In this document: positions 10,598-20,376 of the stretch, piece by piece
Layout of the letters: every line of letters begins with the position of its first letter
How positions within the stretch are numbered: the first letter of the stretch is position 1
Assembly: GCA_016789445.1 (NCBI GenBank)
Contig: JAEUQT010000002.1
Coordinates: 72,052 to 136,051 of the forward strand
Reading direction: 5' to 3'
Length of the DNA stretch: 64,000 nucleotides
Source: a bacterium
Lineage (GTDB): Bacteria > Patescibacteriota > Minisyncoccia > Phycocordibacterales > UBA2100
Notes under the pieces: generated by a model
Told to the model about the DNA's origin: nothing
Seen by the model: only the letters and a program-made list of their open reading frames with translations
Database searches by the model: none
Program-made: the position numbers and the translations under genes

Positions 10598-11332
10598 ATG
10601 GCAACAGATCCTATCCTTTCGATTGTGCTTCCTACCTACCGGGAAAAAGAAAATCTTGCGATATTCGTTCCACAGATCGAGCGTGAGTTTCAGGATGTAC
10701 CTATTGAAGTCATTATCGTAGACGATAATTCAAAAGATGGCACGCGTGAGCTGGTTTCGCAATTAAACAATACATATGGGAATGTGGTACTCATCGAAAG
10801 ATCAGGCCTCTTGGGTATTGGTTCGGCGTTGCGAGACGGATATAACGCTGCACGGGGGGAATATATCCTATCCTCAGATGCTGATCTTTCATTCATTGCA
10901 TCTGACATGCGAACTCTTTTCAATAGGGCGAAAGGAGGGGTGGACATGGTTTTGGGTTACAAGATCCCGAGGACAATACCCGGAGGTGAGATTCGCAGAC
11001 GGATGATAACCCAGGAAATGATGCTGCCGATCGGCCGGGTCTGTAACTGGATCGTTCGCATCATAAGCCGCGTCGGCGGACATCGTGAATACAATACGAA
11101 TTTTCGTATCCTGCGCACTTCTACCTGGAAGAAACTCCATACGATCGAGGACAAGAATTTCTTCCTCTTCGAGACGATATTCCGGGCCACCAGAAGTGGC
11201 GCCCGGATTGTTGAAGTTCCCGTAACGTTCCATCCGCGCAAATACGGCGAATCGAAACTAAATTTCCTGCAACAGGCGCCGAAGTATTTCCTGAACCTGT
11301 TGCGCCTGGTGATTTTCAATAGAACTTCTTGA
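10598..11332 (+). CDS. GT2 glycosyltransferase, dolichyl/polyprenyl-phosphate sugar synthase-like
   Basis: 244 aa with LSIVLPTYREKENL, DDNSKDGT and SSDADLS motifs characteristic of DPM1/GtrB-like GT2 enzymes. Confidence 0.65.
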   Translation: MATDPILSIVLPTYREKENLAIFVPQIEREFQDVPIEVIIVDDNSKDGTRELVSQLNNTYGNVVLIERSGLLGIGSALRDGYNAARGEYILSSDADLSFIASDMRTLFNRAKGGVDMVLGYKIPRTIPGGEIRRRMITQEMMLPIGRVCNWIVRIISRVGGHREYNTNFRILRTSTWKKLHTIEDKNFFLFETIFRATRSGARIVEVPVTFHPRKYGESKLNFLQQAPKYFLNLLRLVIFNRTS

Positions 11333-11362
11333 CGCATCAGGTACCTCACGTACACTGACCGC

Positions 11363-11767
11363 ATGAAAATCGAGATCCTCAAGCCCTCCTGTAACCTTGA
11401 GACCGTGCGAGACGGGAGAGGCGGCATTTTTACGTGGCTTCCTGAAGACCCATTGGTGGAATTCAATATGCTCTATTTCCAACCAGGGAAGACGCGAGGG
11501 CATCATTTCCATCCGGAATTCAATGAGTATTTTCTGGTCGTGGAAGGGTCGGGAGTCATGGTCACGAAGGATTCGGAAGATGCACCAGAAGAGCAGATAC
11601 ATATGAGTCGTGGTTCGTGTGTCCGGACACCGAAGGGGGTCTCGCATGCGTTCTATGCGATTACTGCCGTGACGGCGATCGCTATGCTTTCTAAACGGTG
11701 GGATGATTGCGACCCCCCGATCATTCGTATCGATCACCTCAAAGGAGAAGGTGAGGCACGTGAATAG
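11363..11767 (+). CDS. WxcM/FdtA-like cupin (NDP-sugar 3,4-ketoisomerase/epimerase-like)
   Basis: 134-aa small cupin with the His-containing motif GHHFHPEFNEYFLVVEGSG. Its size and context in a deoxysugar cluster fit the FdtA/WxcM C-terminal-domain family. Confidence 0.45.
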   Translation: MKIEILKPSCNLETVRDGRGGIFTWLPEDPLVEFNMLYFQPGKTRGHHFHPEFNEYFLVVEGSGVMVTKDSEDAPEEQIHMSRGSCVRTPKGVSHAFYAITAVTAIAMLSKRWDDCDPPIIRIDHLKGEGEARE

Positions 11768-11769
11768 CC

Positions 11770-12465
11770 ATGGCGTCTATTGCAGTAGTCGGCGCGCAGG
11801 GCTATGTCGGCAGGGCCTTAGTCATGGCGCTCAAATCTTCTGCGTACGAGGTGACGCCGGTCACGCGGGATACGTATACGGATAGTATGCATGGATCGTA
11901 TGACGTTCTTATAAACGCTGCGATGCCCAGTGCTCGTTTCAAAGCAAAGGAAGATCCAGAGTGGGATTTCCGGGAGACTGTTGCAAAGACCGCGGATCTC
12001 CTCTATCGATGGAAGTTTGGTAAATTCGTCCAGATCAGCACCATCTCTGCCCGCTCCCAACTCGATACGATGTATGGACGCCACAAGGCGGCAGCGGAGT
12101 CATTGTGTAGCGCGAAAGACAACCTCATAGTACGTCTCGGGGCAATGTACAGCGAAGATTTGCAAAAAGGGGTTTTGGTCGACATGGTCTCCGGCAGACC
12201 TGTGTTCGTCGACGGGGAAAGTAGGTATTGTTTCGCGTCTCGTGACTTCGTTGCTTCATGGATTGTATCTAATCTTGATCGCACGGGAATTGTCGAGGTC
12301 GGCGGGAGGGAGGCGGTTGCTCTCAAGGATATCGCTGCACATCTCGGCACGAACATCTTGTTTCAAGGCGTTGTCGATCATCAGGAGATATCGGAACCCC
12401 ATGACGATTTCCCCTATGCTCGCGAGGTATTCACCTTTCTTGATAATTGGAAGCCGAAGCTCTAG
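11770..12465 (+). CDS. Short NAD(P)-binding SDR-like sugar reductase/epimerase
   Basis: 231 aa with the N-terminal Rossmann motif IAVVGAQGYVGRALV. It is packed (3-bp spacing) in a sugar-modification operon. Confidence 0.4.
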   Translation: MASIAVVGAQGYVGRALVMALKSSAYEVTPVTRDTYTDSMHGSYDVLINAAMPSARFKAKEDPEWDFRETVAKTADLLYRWKFGKFVQISTISARSQLDTMYGRHKAAAESLCSAKDNLIVRLGAMYSEDLQKGVLVDMVSGRPVFVDGESRYCFASRDFVASWIVSNLDRTGIVEVGGREAVALKDIAAHLGTNILFQGVVDHQEISEPHDDFPYAREVFTFLDNWKPKL

Positions 12466-12481
12466 AATCAGATTACGAAAC

Positions 12482-13750
12482 ATGACTTCATCTAACGCTC
12501 CTCGTATTGATCGGTGCCGTGTTTGCGGCAATACCGAGATTATTCCGTGCATCGACATCGGCGAGCAGTATCTTTCCTCTGTCTTTCCGGAGAACCTTGA
12601 ATATCGTCGCGATGCGGTGAAGTATCCACTGGATATGGTCATGTGTAAGAAGAAGGAAGATGGGAGCACGTGCGGACTGGTGCAGCTCGGTCATCGCCTC
12701 GATCTGACCGCGATGTATGACGCCTACCCCTATACCAGCAGTACCAATTCCTCTATGGCCCGCATTCTCGAAGACGTAGCGGCAAGTGCAAAAACTTTGA
12801 ACGCACTTAAGGAGGGTGATGTTGTACTCGATATTGGAGGGAACGATGGGACGCTGCTCTCGTTCTTCCGCGAAGATCCTGTGCGTCTCATTACGATTGA
12901 CCCCGCGAAGAACGTCACCCCAATGTTTTCGTCAGAGCGATACACAGTGGTACGTGATTTTTTCAACAAGGCAGCGTTTGACGCTGTCTCTGCGCAGAAG
13001 GCGAAACTGGTATTCAGCATCGCGATGTTCTATCACCTCGACGACCCGATCAGCCTCGCACGAGACGTCGCGGCATGTCTTGATGACGACGGAGTGTGGA
13101 TCATTCAAATGGCGTATCTTCCTGCGATGATCAGGACGAACATGTACGACAATATTGTCCATGAACATGCGGGATACTACGCGACAAATCATATGACCTG
13201 GCTGCTGGACCAGGTGGGTTTGGAAGTATTCGATGTCACCGAGAATGATGTGTATGGAGGAAGTTTCAGGGTCTTCGTCAAGAAGAAGGGTTGTGCCGCG
13301 TATCCTACGACCGAGCGTCTGAATGCTAATCTTCGTCAAGAGATCGCCGACGGCCTTTTCGAGGAGGAGACCTATCACGCGTTCATGCGCCGCATCGAGA
13401 AGACTCGGGATGATCTTCGACAGTTATGCAACCAGATAAAGGCAGAGGGAAAGAGTATCTGGGTATACGGCGCTTCGACGAAAGGAAATACCATCCTTCA
13501 ATACTGCGGCATAGGAGGCGAGACTATCACCGCAGCGGCGGATTCTAATCCCTTCAAGCATTGGAAGTACATCATTGGATCGGATATCCGCATTACTACT
13601 GAAGAAGAGATGCGCGAAGCGAAGCCAGACTACCTTATTGCACTTCCGTACAGTTTCGTTGATGGCTTTATGAAGCGTGAATCAGCACTGGTTTCGCAGG
13701 GGACGAAATTCATCGTCCCGCTTCCTGATGTAAAGGTCATCGGGAACTGA
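12482..13750 (+). CDS. C-methyltransferase-like SAM-dependent methyltransferase with N-terminal Zn-ribbon (paralog 1)
   Basis: 422 aa. CRVCGN...CKKKEDGSTCGLVQL is a CxxC...C...C zinc-binding N-domain, followed by the class I MTase motif VLDIGGNDGT. It is similar along its full length to the 28179-29447 protein. The start is taken as the internal ATG at 12482, because the longer ORF from 12242 overlaps the previous gene. Confidence 0.6.
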   Translation: MTSSNAPRIDRCRVCGNTEIIPCIDIGEQYLSSVFPENLEYRRDAVKYPLDMVMCKKKEDGSTCGLVQLGHRLDLTAMYDAYPYTSSTNSSMARILEDVAASAKTLNALKEGDVVLDIGGNDGTLLSFFREDPVRLITIDPAKNVTPMFSSERYTVVRDFFNKAAFDAVSAQKAKLVFSIAMFYHLDDPISLARDVAACLDDDGVWIIQMAYLPAMIRTNMYDNIVHEHAGYYATNHMTWLLDQVGLEVFDVTENDVYGGSFRVFVKKKGCAAYPTTERLNANLRQEIADGLFEEETYHAFMRRIEKTRDDLRQLCNQIKAEGKSIWVYGASTKGNTILQYCGIGGETITAAADSNPFKHWKYIIGSDIRITTEEEMREAKPDYLIALPYSFVDGFMKRESALVSQGTKFIVPLPDVKVIGN

Positions 13751-15713
13751 TATTCTCCGATTTCTTTTCGTAGAGAATGTACTTATCGAATCTGTCCACT
13801 TGGGTGTATAGACCGGTAAGGCGCTCAGTTTCTTCGAATTTCTGATCAACTAGTACGAAATCAGGAGTACCGGAGAATAGTAGTGCCAGGTTTTTCTCGC
13901 CGCGGATGACGTTGTCGCCGTATCTGAGATATTGGTAATACTCGGAGGATTCAAAGAAGATCACTGCTTCCGGAACATTATAGAAAAAAACACTTTTTCC
14001 CTCGGGAATATTCCGCAAATGTTCAGTAAGTTCCGCTGAGCGAGTACTATTGCGGTATTCAGAGATCCACGAGTTAAAGACGGTTTGATGCGCTTGGAAC
14101 AGTATCAGGGCAGCGATACATACTCCGCTTCCCACACGAGTGATGGTCCGACGTTGTGGCGGGGTTGAAATGGTTGCGAGTGCGAGAGGAAGGAATACGA
14201 GCGCGAGGACTTCTGCAGGAAAGAAGTAGCGATAGAATCCGCGACTCATGAGGTAGAGGCCTAGGTTTACCATAGCGAACGTCACGGCAAAAAACTCGAT
14301 TGACTCGACTCTAATTCCGCGCTTCCAGCGAGCCATGAGTGAGAGTATCCATATGCCGAGCAGACCGAGGAAATACATCGGCTGCAATTCTGTGAAGAAT
14401 TGCACGAAGATCAGGGGAAGTCGTTGAAACGGGGTGGAGCCATCGGCGTTGGCGGCGAATAAAATCTCCCTGAGAGCATGGACGTCACCGCCGAGATGAA
14501 TCACAAACCAGGCGCATACGACCGCGAGAGCGCCGAGTGCGTAGGCGCACGCCGCATTGAAGGATAGGGATTTGCGTCGAATGAGAAAAATAAGAAACGC
14601 TGACGGAGCAATAATGAGGAGGTAGATTGGTTTTGTGGCCATTGAGAGTCCGGCAAGGATGCCGGCGCCAACCCAGACAGGTACGCGCCCTGATCGTTCG
14701 GCGCGTATAAATGCAAGCAGTGATGCTGCGAAAAACATGAGTCCCGGCACTTCGCCGAGTACGTTTTTCCCGTGACCGTAGAGAGGCGCGAATGTAACAA
14801 GAAGTAGCAGGGAGAGAATGGGTGTCGTATACCCGCGCTCGGGAGCAATGCTTCGAACCAATGCAAATATGCACCATCCGAGGAGAATAATGAACGCAAC
14901 CATAACGCATCGTGCGATCAAAAGATCTGTGCCGAAGAGCGCGAACGACAGCGCGATCGGATAGATGACCGGAATACTGGTGGTCAAGAAGTCGGTCGAT
15001 ATGAATTCCCCCGGGGCAATCTGTATTCCGTACACGTCGTGGTCTATGAGATTCTGTGACACTTGTACGATCGATCCCTCGTCCAACCATGTTGGTGGAT
15101 TCTCCTGTAATCGATAGAAGGAAAGTAGTAACAGTGCCACAACCGCTCCCGCTATCATAAGTAGGTGGATTAGTTTGAGCGGTTCAACATCAGACTTTGC
15201 TGTTCGAGACTTGAAAACGAGGTGCTTGTAGCTGAAGAAATTAATGATCGCTATGCAGATTCCGCTGACGAGCTGCCCGATCAGGTAGTGGATATTCGCA
15301 TGTTCGACAAGGGTGTAGATAATTGTCGTGTTCAATATAAGCGTCAGGATCATCACCAAGAGATACAGCGTTGCTTGTATGTGTAGATGAGTGCGCGAGT
15401 TCTCAGCAAACGTCCAGAATTTTTGAAGAGAGAAGCTGACGAAGAACGAGACCGCGAACGCCGCAATAGAGGAATAGAGGTACCAGATATCAAAGAAATG
15501 TGTGAGAACAAACAGCGTTCCGAGATTAACAGCGGTCGCAAGACCTCCTGACAGGATAAATCTTACCAACCGCACAGTGGCGGGATGCGAAGTATCCAGC
15601 TCTCGATAGAGGGTTACGGCAGAGAGTAGTATTTCTCGAGCTGACATATGATTCACGGCGGAAAGTTTTTGGCGCAGTGTAGCATGAAAGCTCTTGCTGG
15701 ACGGGTTAGGCAA
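13737..15713 (-). CDS. Fusion: GtrA-like domain + large GT-C-like polytopic membrane glycosyltransferase
   Basis: 658 aa. The N-terminus has a GtrA-family signature (RFILSGGLATAVNLGTLFVLT...FSLQKFWTF). It is followed by more than 10 TM helices and a C-terminal soluble domain. Confidence 0.5.
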   Translation of the reverse strand: MPNPSSKSFHATLRQKLSAVNHMSAREILLSAVTLYRELDTSHPATVRLVRFILSGGLATAVNLGTLFVLTHFFDIWYLYSSIAAFAVSFFVSFSLQKFWTFAENSRTHLHIQATLYLLVMILTLILNTTIIYTLVEHANIHYLIGQLVSGICIAIINFFSYKHLVFKSRTAKSDVEPLKLIHLLMIAGAVVALLLLSFYRLQENPPTWLDEGSIVQVSQNLIDHDVYGIQIAPGEFISTDFLTTSIPVIYPIALSFALFGTDLLIARCVMVAFIILLGWCIFALVRSIAPERGYTTPILSLLLLVTFAPLYGHGKNVLGEVPGLMFFAASLLAFIRAERSGRVPVWVGAGILAGLSMATKPIYLLIIAPSAFLIFLIRRKSLSFNAACAYALGALAVVCAWFVIHLGGDVHALREILFAANADGSTPFQRLPLIFVQFFTELQPMYFLGLLGIWILSLMARWKRGIRVESIEFFAVTFAMVNLGLYLMSRGFYRYFFPAEVLALVFLPLALATISTPPQRRTITRVGSGVCIAALILFQAHQTVFNSWISEYRNSTRSAELTEHLRNIPEGKSVFFYNVPEAVIFFESSEYYQYLRYGDNVIRGEKNLALLFSGTPDFVLVDQKFEETERLTGLYTQVDRFDKYILYEKKSENISSR

Positions 15714-15773
15714 GTAGTGCTCTAATGGCGAATTATGGTGCTTGTCATCCGGCCGCGAAGGAAATTTTCATGG

Positions 15774-16550
15774 ATGGATCTGAGAGAGCTCTGGCAGGGA
15801 AGGGAATTGCTGCTTTTTTTTACGTGGCGCGACCTCAAGATCCGGTACAAACAGACTTTCATCGGCGTCGGATGGGCCATATTCCAGCCGCTCTCGACGA
15901 TGTTGATTTTCACGGTCTTGTTCGGCAAGTTTGCCAAGATCCCTTCCGACAATATCCCATATCCCGTATTCGTCTTCACGGGCCTACTGTTCTGGCAGCT
16001 CTTTTCTGCTTCGCTTCTGCAGGCAAGCAATAGCCTGGTCGCGAATCAGAACCTTCTTACGAAGGTATATTTTCCCCGCATCCTTCTGCCGATTTCGTCG
16101 GTATTCTCAAATCTGATCGATTTCCTTATCGCGTCAGTAATCCTCGCGGGTCTTATGGTGTGGTACGGATTCGTTCCTGAGCTGCGGGGACTTTTTATAC
16201 TGCCGCTCCTTCTTCTTATTACCTGTGTTTTTGCGGTCGGGCTTGGGCTTCTGCTCTCGGCAGTGAACGTTAAATACCGCGACGTTAAGTATGTTCTTCC
16301 GTTCTTCGTTCAGTTACTCATGTTTGTAACCCCGGTCATTTATTCACCATCCATACTGGGAAAATATTCCTGGGTACTCGCACTGAATCCGATGACCGGC
16401 GTGATTAAGGCGGCACGAGCAGCGCTTTTCGGTCTGCAGCCGATCAATTGGACTTTGCTCGGTCTTGCTGCACTCGCTGCGCTTATTGTCCTGGTAATTG
16501 GACTTGTCTACTTTAAGCAGACCGAACGATTCTTTGCAGATCTCATATGA
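15774..16550 (+). CDS. wzm: ABC-2 type polysaccharide export permease (Wzm/TagG-like)
   Basis: MDLRELWQGRELLLFFTWRDLKIRYKQTFIGVGWAIFQPL is the canonical ABC-2 permease N-terminus. It has 6 predicted TM helices and overlaps the downstream ATPase by 4 bp. Confidence 0.7.
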   Translation: MDLRELWQGRELLLFFTWRDLKIRYKQTFIGVGWAIFQPLSTMLIFTVLFGKFAKIPSDNIPYPVFVFTGLLFWQLFSASLLQASNSLVANQNLLTKVYFPRILLPISSVFSNLIDFLIASVILAGLMVWYGFVPELRGLFILPLLLLITCVFAVGLGLLLSAVNVKYRDVKYVLPFFVQLLMFVTPVIYSPSILGKYSWVLALNPMTGVIKAARAALFGLQPINWTLLGLAALAALIVLVIGLVYFKQTERFFADLI

Positions 16551-17797
16551 AGCCCATTATTGAAGTTAAATCTATCTCCAAGTCATATGTCTTGTCGGGC
16601 AAGAGCGATTACTATTTTGCCTTGCGTGACTCGCTCGCGGCTCTGATACAGAGACCCGGATCTTTTCTTGCTCGGAAAACAAAGCAAATAAGCGAATCGA
16701 TGGTTTTCTGGGCGTTAAAGGACGTAACGTTCTCAGTGGAGCCCGGCGAGATTGTCGGCGTCATTGGAAGGAATGGGGCAGGGAAATCAACTCTATTGAA
16801 GATACTCAATCGCATAACCGAGCCGACAGATGGAGAGGTAGTGATACGTGGCCGCATCTCGTCGCTCCTTGAAGTCGGTACGGGTTTCCATCCCGAACTT
16901 ACCGGGCGTGAGAACATCTATTTCAGCGGCGCAATCCTCGGTATGAAGCGAAGCGAGATCGCGCGTAAGTTCGACGAGATTGTCGCGTTTGCTGAAGTCG
17001 ATAAATTCCTAGATACACCCGTAAAACGATATTCCTCTGGAATGCAGGTGCGTCTGGCTTTTTCAGTTGCAGTGCATATGGAGCCCGACATTTTGCTGAT
17101 TGATGAAGTATTGGCTGTTGGAGACGCTGAATTTCAAAGAAAGTGTCTTGCAAAAATACATGAATCTGCTCGAAAATACGGACGTACCATCCTTTTCGTC
17201 AGCCATAATCTGGATGTCGTTCAAAGTCTATGCGATAGGAGTGTATTGCTCGAAGAAGGTCAAGTAAGAATGGTGGGCCCGACATCAGAAGTAGTCTCTA
17301 CCTATTTAGAGAGAATGGAAGCTAACTCAGGGGTTGCGCGCATTGAATTTCCTGAAGATTCTTCAAAAGGATTTGAACTAAAATCTGTTACCGTGCGTGG
17401 TGGCGACGGGCAACCGGCAACTACTTTCGAGCCCGATGTTCCTTTTAGGGTAGATGTGGAATATGAGGTTCGTGATAAAAAATCAAAATTCTGGATTACG
17501 GCTTCATGCACTAATGAGCATGGTGCTCTTGTATTCTATTCACGAGACACGGATAAGAATCCTAATTTGCTTGCTCGTAGAAAGGAGGGTATTCACAGGT
17601 CTGTATTCACGTTTCCAAGCAATAGTCATATTGCGATGAATGTTGGAAATTACAGTCTGACTGTTCGGATTGAACAAGATCCTTCTCGAGAAGCTATAAT
17701 ACCGCTGCAGATTACAAACGTAACCAATCGATTCTCGCATCATCATCATGGTGTAATGCTGGTCGAGAGTCCATGGGATAACACGGAATCATCATGA
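16547..17797 (+). CDS. wzt: ABC transporter ATP-binding protein (Wzt/TagH-like) with C-terminal extra domain
   Basis: Walker A GRNGAGKSTLLKIL, signature YSSGMQVRLAFSVAV and Walker B ILLIDEV are present. An additional ~170-aa C-terminal domain, as in O-antigen Wzt proteins, may bind a glycan terminus. Confidence 0.8.
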   Translation: MKPIIEVKSISKSYVLSGKSDYYFALRDSLAALIQRPGSFLARKTKQISESMVFWALKDVTFSVEPGEIVGVIGRNGAGKSTLLKILNRITEPTDGEVVIRGRISSLLEVGTGFHPELTGRENIYFSGAILGMKRSEIARKFDEIVAFAEVDKFLDTPVKRYSSGMQVRLAFSVAVHMEPDILLIDEVLAVGDAEFQRKCLAKIHESARKYGRTILFVSHNLDVVQSLCDRSVLLEEGQVRMVGPTSEVVSTYLERMEANSGVARIEFPEDSSKGFELKSVTVRGGDGQPATTFEPDVPFRVDVEYEVRDKKSKFWITASCTNEHGALVFYSRDTDKNPNLLARRKEGIHRSVFTFPSNSHIAMNVGNYSLTVRIEQDPSREAIIPLQITNVTNRFSHHHHGVMLVESPWDNTESS

Positions 17798-18519
17798 AAT
17801 ATTCGCCGAAATGGATTGGAAAAAAAATATTTGCACGCTTCCTTCAAACTCGGGAAAAAATCGGATTTCTACCTCTGGAAGGGATTTATGCGATTATTGC
17901 CAGCTATGGCTATAAGAATCTTGATTTCCCTGAAGCACTAAAAGTGATAGAAAAAATCCGAGAAGATAAATGGGTTCTCCAAAGCAATCTCGAGATGTAT
18001 CAATTATTCTCTTTGGCAAAAAAAACCAGCAAATTGGACGGCGAAGTTGCAGAGGTTGGGGTATATCGAGGAGGCTCTGCAAGAATCATACGCGAAGCGA
18101 CCTCAAAACCGCTGCATCTTTTCGATACTTTTTCTGGAGTTCCTAAGCCTTCTGAAAAAGATGAGCCTGATCAGGCAGAAGAGGGAGAATTAGCTTTTCC
18201 GCTCGAAGGCGTGCAAGAATATCTTAAGAATTATCAAAACATTTTCTATTACAAGGGTTTTTTTCCAGACTCCGCAACCGAAGAAATTAAGGCAAAGAAA
18301 TTCTCATTTGTCCACCTCGATGTTGATTTGTATCAGTCAACATTGGATGGACTGAAATTCTTCTATCCAAGGATGACGAAAGGAGGGGTAATCATATGTC
18401 ACGATTACGGGAAAATTGATGGCGCCCGAAGAGCGTTTGATGAATTCTTTGCTGACAAGAATGAAATAATAATAAAACCAGTTGAGACAATTCAATGCTT
18501 CATTATTAAAACTGCATAA
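17794..18519 (+). CDS. TylF/macrocin-O-methyltransferase-family SAM-dependent methyltransferase
   Basis: 241 aa. It has the MTase motif EVGVYRGGSA and an acidic region VHLDVDLY typical of TylF-like O-methyltransferases. It overlaps wzt by 4 bp and the region is AT-rich. Confidence 0.5.
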   Translation: MKYSPKWIGKKIFARFLQTREKIGFLPLEGIYAIIASYGYKNLDFPEALKVIEKIREDKWVLQSNLEMYQLFSLAKKTSKLDGEVAEVGVYRGGSARIIREATSKPLHLFDTFSGVPKPSEKDEPDQAEEGELAFPLEGVQEYLKNYQNIFYYKGFFPDSATEEIKAKKFSFVHLDVDLYQSTLDGLKFFYPRMTKGGVIICHDYGKIDGARRAFDEFFADKNEIIIKPVETIQCFIIKTA

Positions 18520-18540
18520 GATCTAGCGCTCATTTGTTAC

Positions 18541-19284
18541 TCATCGACGTATCTTACGTACGATTCTTTGAAATAGATTCATCTTACTCGAACCCAAAAT
18601 TTTCCACTTCTTTCTTAAAGTGGGCAAATGCCATTCAGAATTTGGGCGCGCATATCTATGTACAAAAAGCGTTTGTCCGGATGTCTGATATGGCATGCAA
18701 TCGATGAGAAACATGAAGGAAGAATCAATGACATGAACTTCCGACGCGGATTCGATAATTTTCCCGTAATCGAAAATGTTATCCGTAAATCCAGTATTAG
18801 GAGCGATATGTGGCAATGTGGTCGAAATTCGCCGTCGCTTAATTGTGAAATTTCGTTCCTGGTCCTCGTGGAGGAATATATACGGTTTTGGGGGCGCTAT
18901 ACGATTATATAAATTTTGCTCGCGTATCAGGTCTCTTTGGACTTGAAAGCTAGTCCATTTTTTCTCAAAAACCACATTGGCAAGTGCATAAAACTGTCTT
19001 TCAACCGATACGCCTGAGGTGCGGTTCAGAAGTTCAAAACCGATTTTTTGAATGGAATCGAATTTATCTTTATGCCGTGCAAGAAAATGTGGTGCCTCGA
19101 TATGAGAGCATGGGATAATTTCAAGATTTTTGATATCACGATACATAAATGAGACGGAGGCAAGAGTCTGAGGTGCGGCAAGGATTGTTACGTGTGTGAA
19201 GCGAGTACAGTAGTCACGAACGATGCCGTGACAGATAATTTGATCCCCCAATCCGAGGTGAGAATAAAGAAGTACGGACGTCAT
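18541..19284 (-). CDS. Hypothetical protein (possible small GT-B-like/heptosyltransferase-like enzyme)
   Basis: ORF on the minus strand with the start placed at MTSVLLYSHLGLGDQIICHG (ATG at 19284). The longer ORF to 19506 would overlap the divergent ADH gene. Low GC. No confident family assignment. Confidence 0.3.
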   Translation of the reverse strand: MTSVLLYSHLGLGDQIICHGIVRDYCTRFTHVTILAAPQTLASVSFMYRDIKNLEIIPCSHIEAPHFLARHKDKFDSIQKIGFELLNRTSGVSVERQFYALANVVFEKKWTSFQVQRDLIREQNLYNRIAPPKPYIFLHEDQERNFTIKRRRISTTLPHIAPNTGFTDNIFDYGKIIESASEVHVIDSSFMFLIDCMPYQTSGQTLFVHRYARPNSEWHLPTLRKKWKILGSSKMNLFQRIVRKIRR

Positions 19285-19329
19285 AAAACGGAGTGTACCA
19301 TTCACGTCGCTGCGTGCTAGAATGTCGCG

Positions 19330-20376
19330 GTGAAAATGAAAGCGGCCATCCTTGAGACGATAGATGCCCCCCTTACTATCGGGGAGGTTACCGTGGGGCA
19401 GCCTGCTTTCGGACAAGTATTGGTGAAGGTTCTCGTGAGCGGGATCTGCGGCGCCCAACTTCAGGAAATCGCCGGAAACAAAGGGAATGCAAAGTTCGTG
19501 CCACATCTTCTAGGCCATGAAGGATGCGGCATCGTCGAGGCTGTCGGAGAAGGTGTCACGCGCGTCAAAAAAGGAGATAAAGTCGTGATGCATTGGCGTA
19601 AAGGCGAGGGGATAGAATCCGATTTCCCGACATACGAATATGCGGGTAAGAACATGCCGAGCGGAAAAGTCACTACGTTCAGTGAGTATTCGTTGGTCTC
19701 TGAAAATCGGCTGACCGCGGTTCCGCACGACACTCCTGATGAGCTGTGCGCACTTCTCGGCTGTGGACTCTCGACCGCGTTAAGTGTGATAAATGATGAG
19801 GCGCGCGTACTGTTCGGCGAGAGCGTTCTTGTCATCGGCGCAGGCGGCTTGGGACTAAATATCCTTCAAGCGGCGAACATAGCACGTGCATATCCCATCG
19901 TGACTATCGATATCCATCCTGGAAAGAAGGAATTGGCCGAAAAGTGTGGAGCGCATCTATTCGTTGATTCGACACAAAGTGATATACGAGAGGTAGTTCA
20001 GAAGACGTTCGGTATTTCGGATTTTGATGTAATCATCGACACCTCAGGAAATAAGAAGGCCATCGAGACAACCCTCCCGCTTTTGCGAGGAGGAGGGCGG
20101 TACATCATGGTCGGACAACCGAAGCCAGGAGAAGTGATCGAGATTTCGAATGCACATCACCTGTTCGGCGGAGAAGGTAAGTCTATTCGTGCAACACAGG
20201 GTGGCGGTTTCTTGCCGACGACCGATATTCCGCGGTATATCAATCTGTATAAGACCGGAGCGCTCCATATCGACGACGTCATCACGCATCGGATCAAGCT
20301 AGATCAGGTGAACGACGCGATCGATGCGATCCGGAGCGGCACGGCGGGCCGTATCATGATCGAAATGCACGTATGA
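19330..20376 (+). CDS. Zn-dependent alcohol dehydrogenase (MDR family)
   Basis: HLLGHEGCGIVEAVGEGV is the zinc-ADH signature, and GAGGLGL is the NAD(P)-binding motif. Confidence 0.7.
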   Translation: MKMKAAILETIDAPLTIGEVTVGQPAFGQVLVKVLVSGICGAQLQEIAGNKGNAKFVPHLLGHEGCGIVEAVGEGVTRVKKGDKVVMHWRKGEGIESDFPTYEYAGKNMPSGKVTTFSEYSLVSENRLTAVPHDTPDELCALLGCGLSTALSVINDEARVLFGESVLVIGAGGLGLNILQAANIARAYPIVTIDIHPGKKELAEKCGAHLFVDSTQSDIREVVQKTFGISDFDVIIDTSGNKKAIETTLPLLRGGGRYIMVGQPKPGEVIEISNAHHLFGGEGKSIRATQGGGFLPTTDIPRYINLYKTGALHIDDVITHRIKLDQVNDAIDAIRSGTAGRIMIEMHV

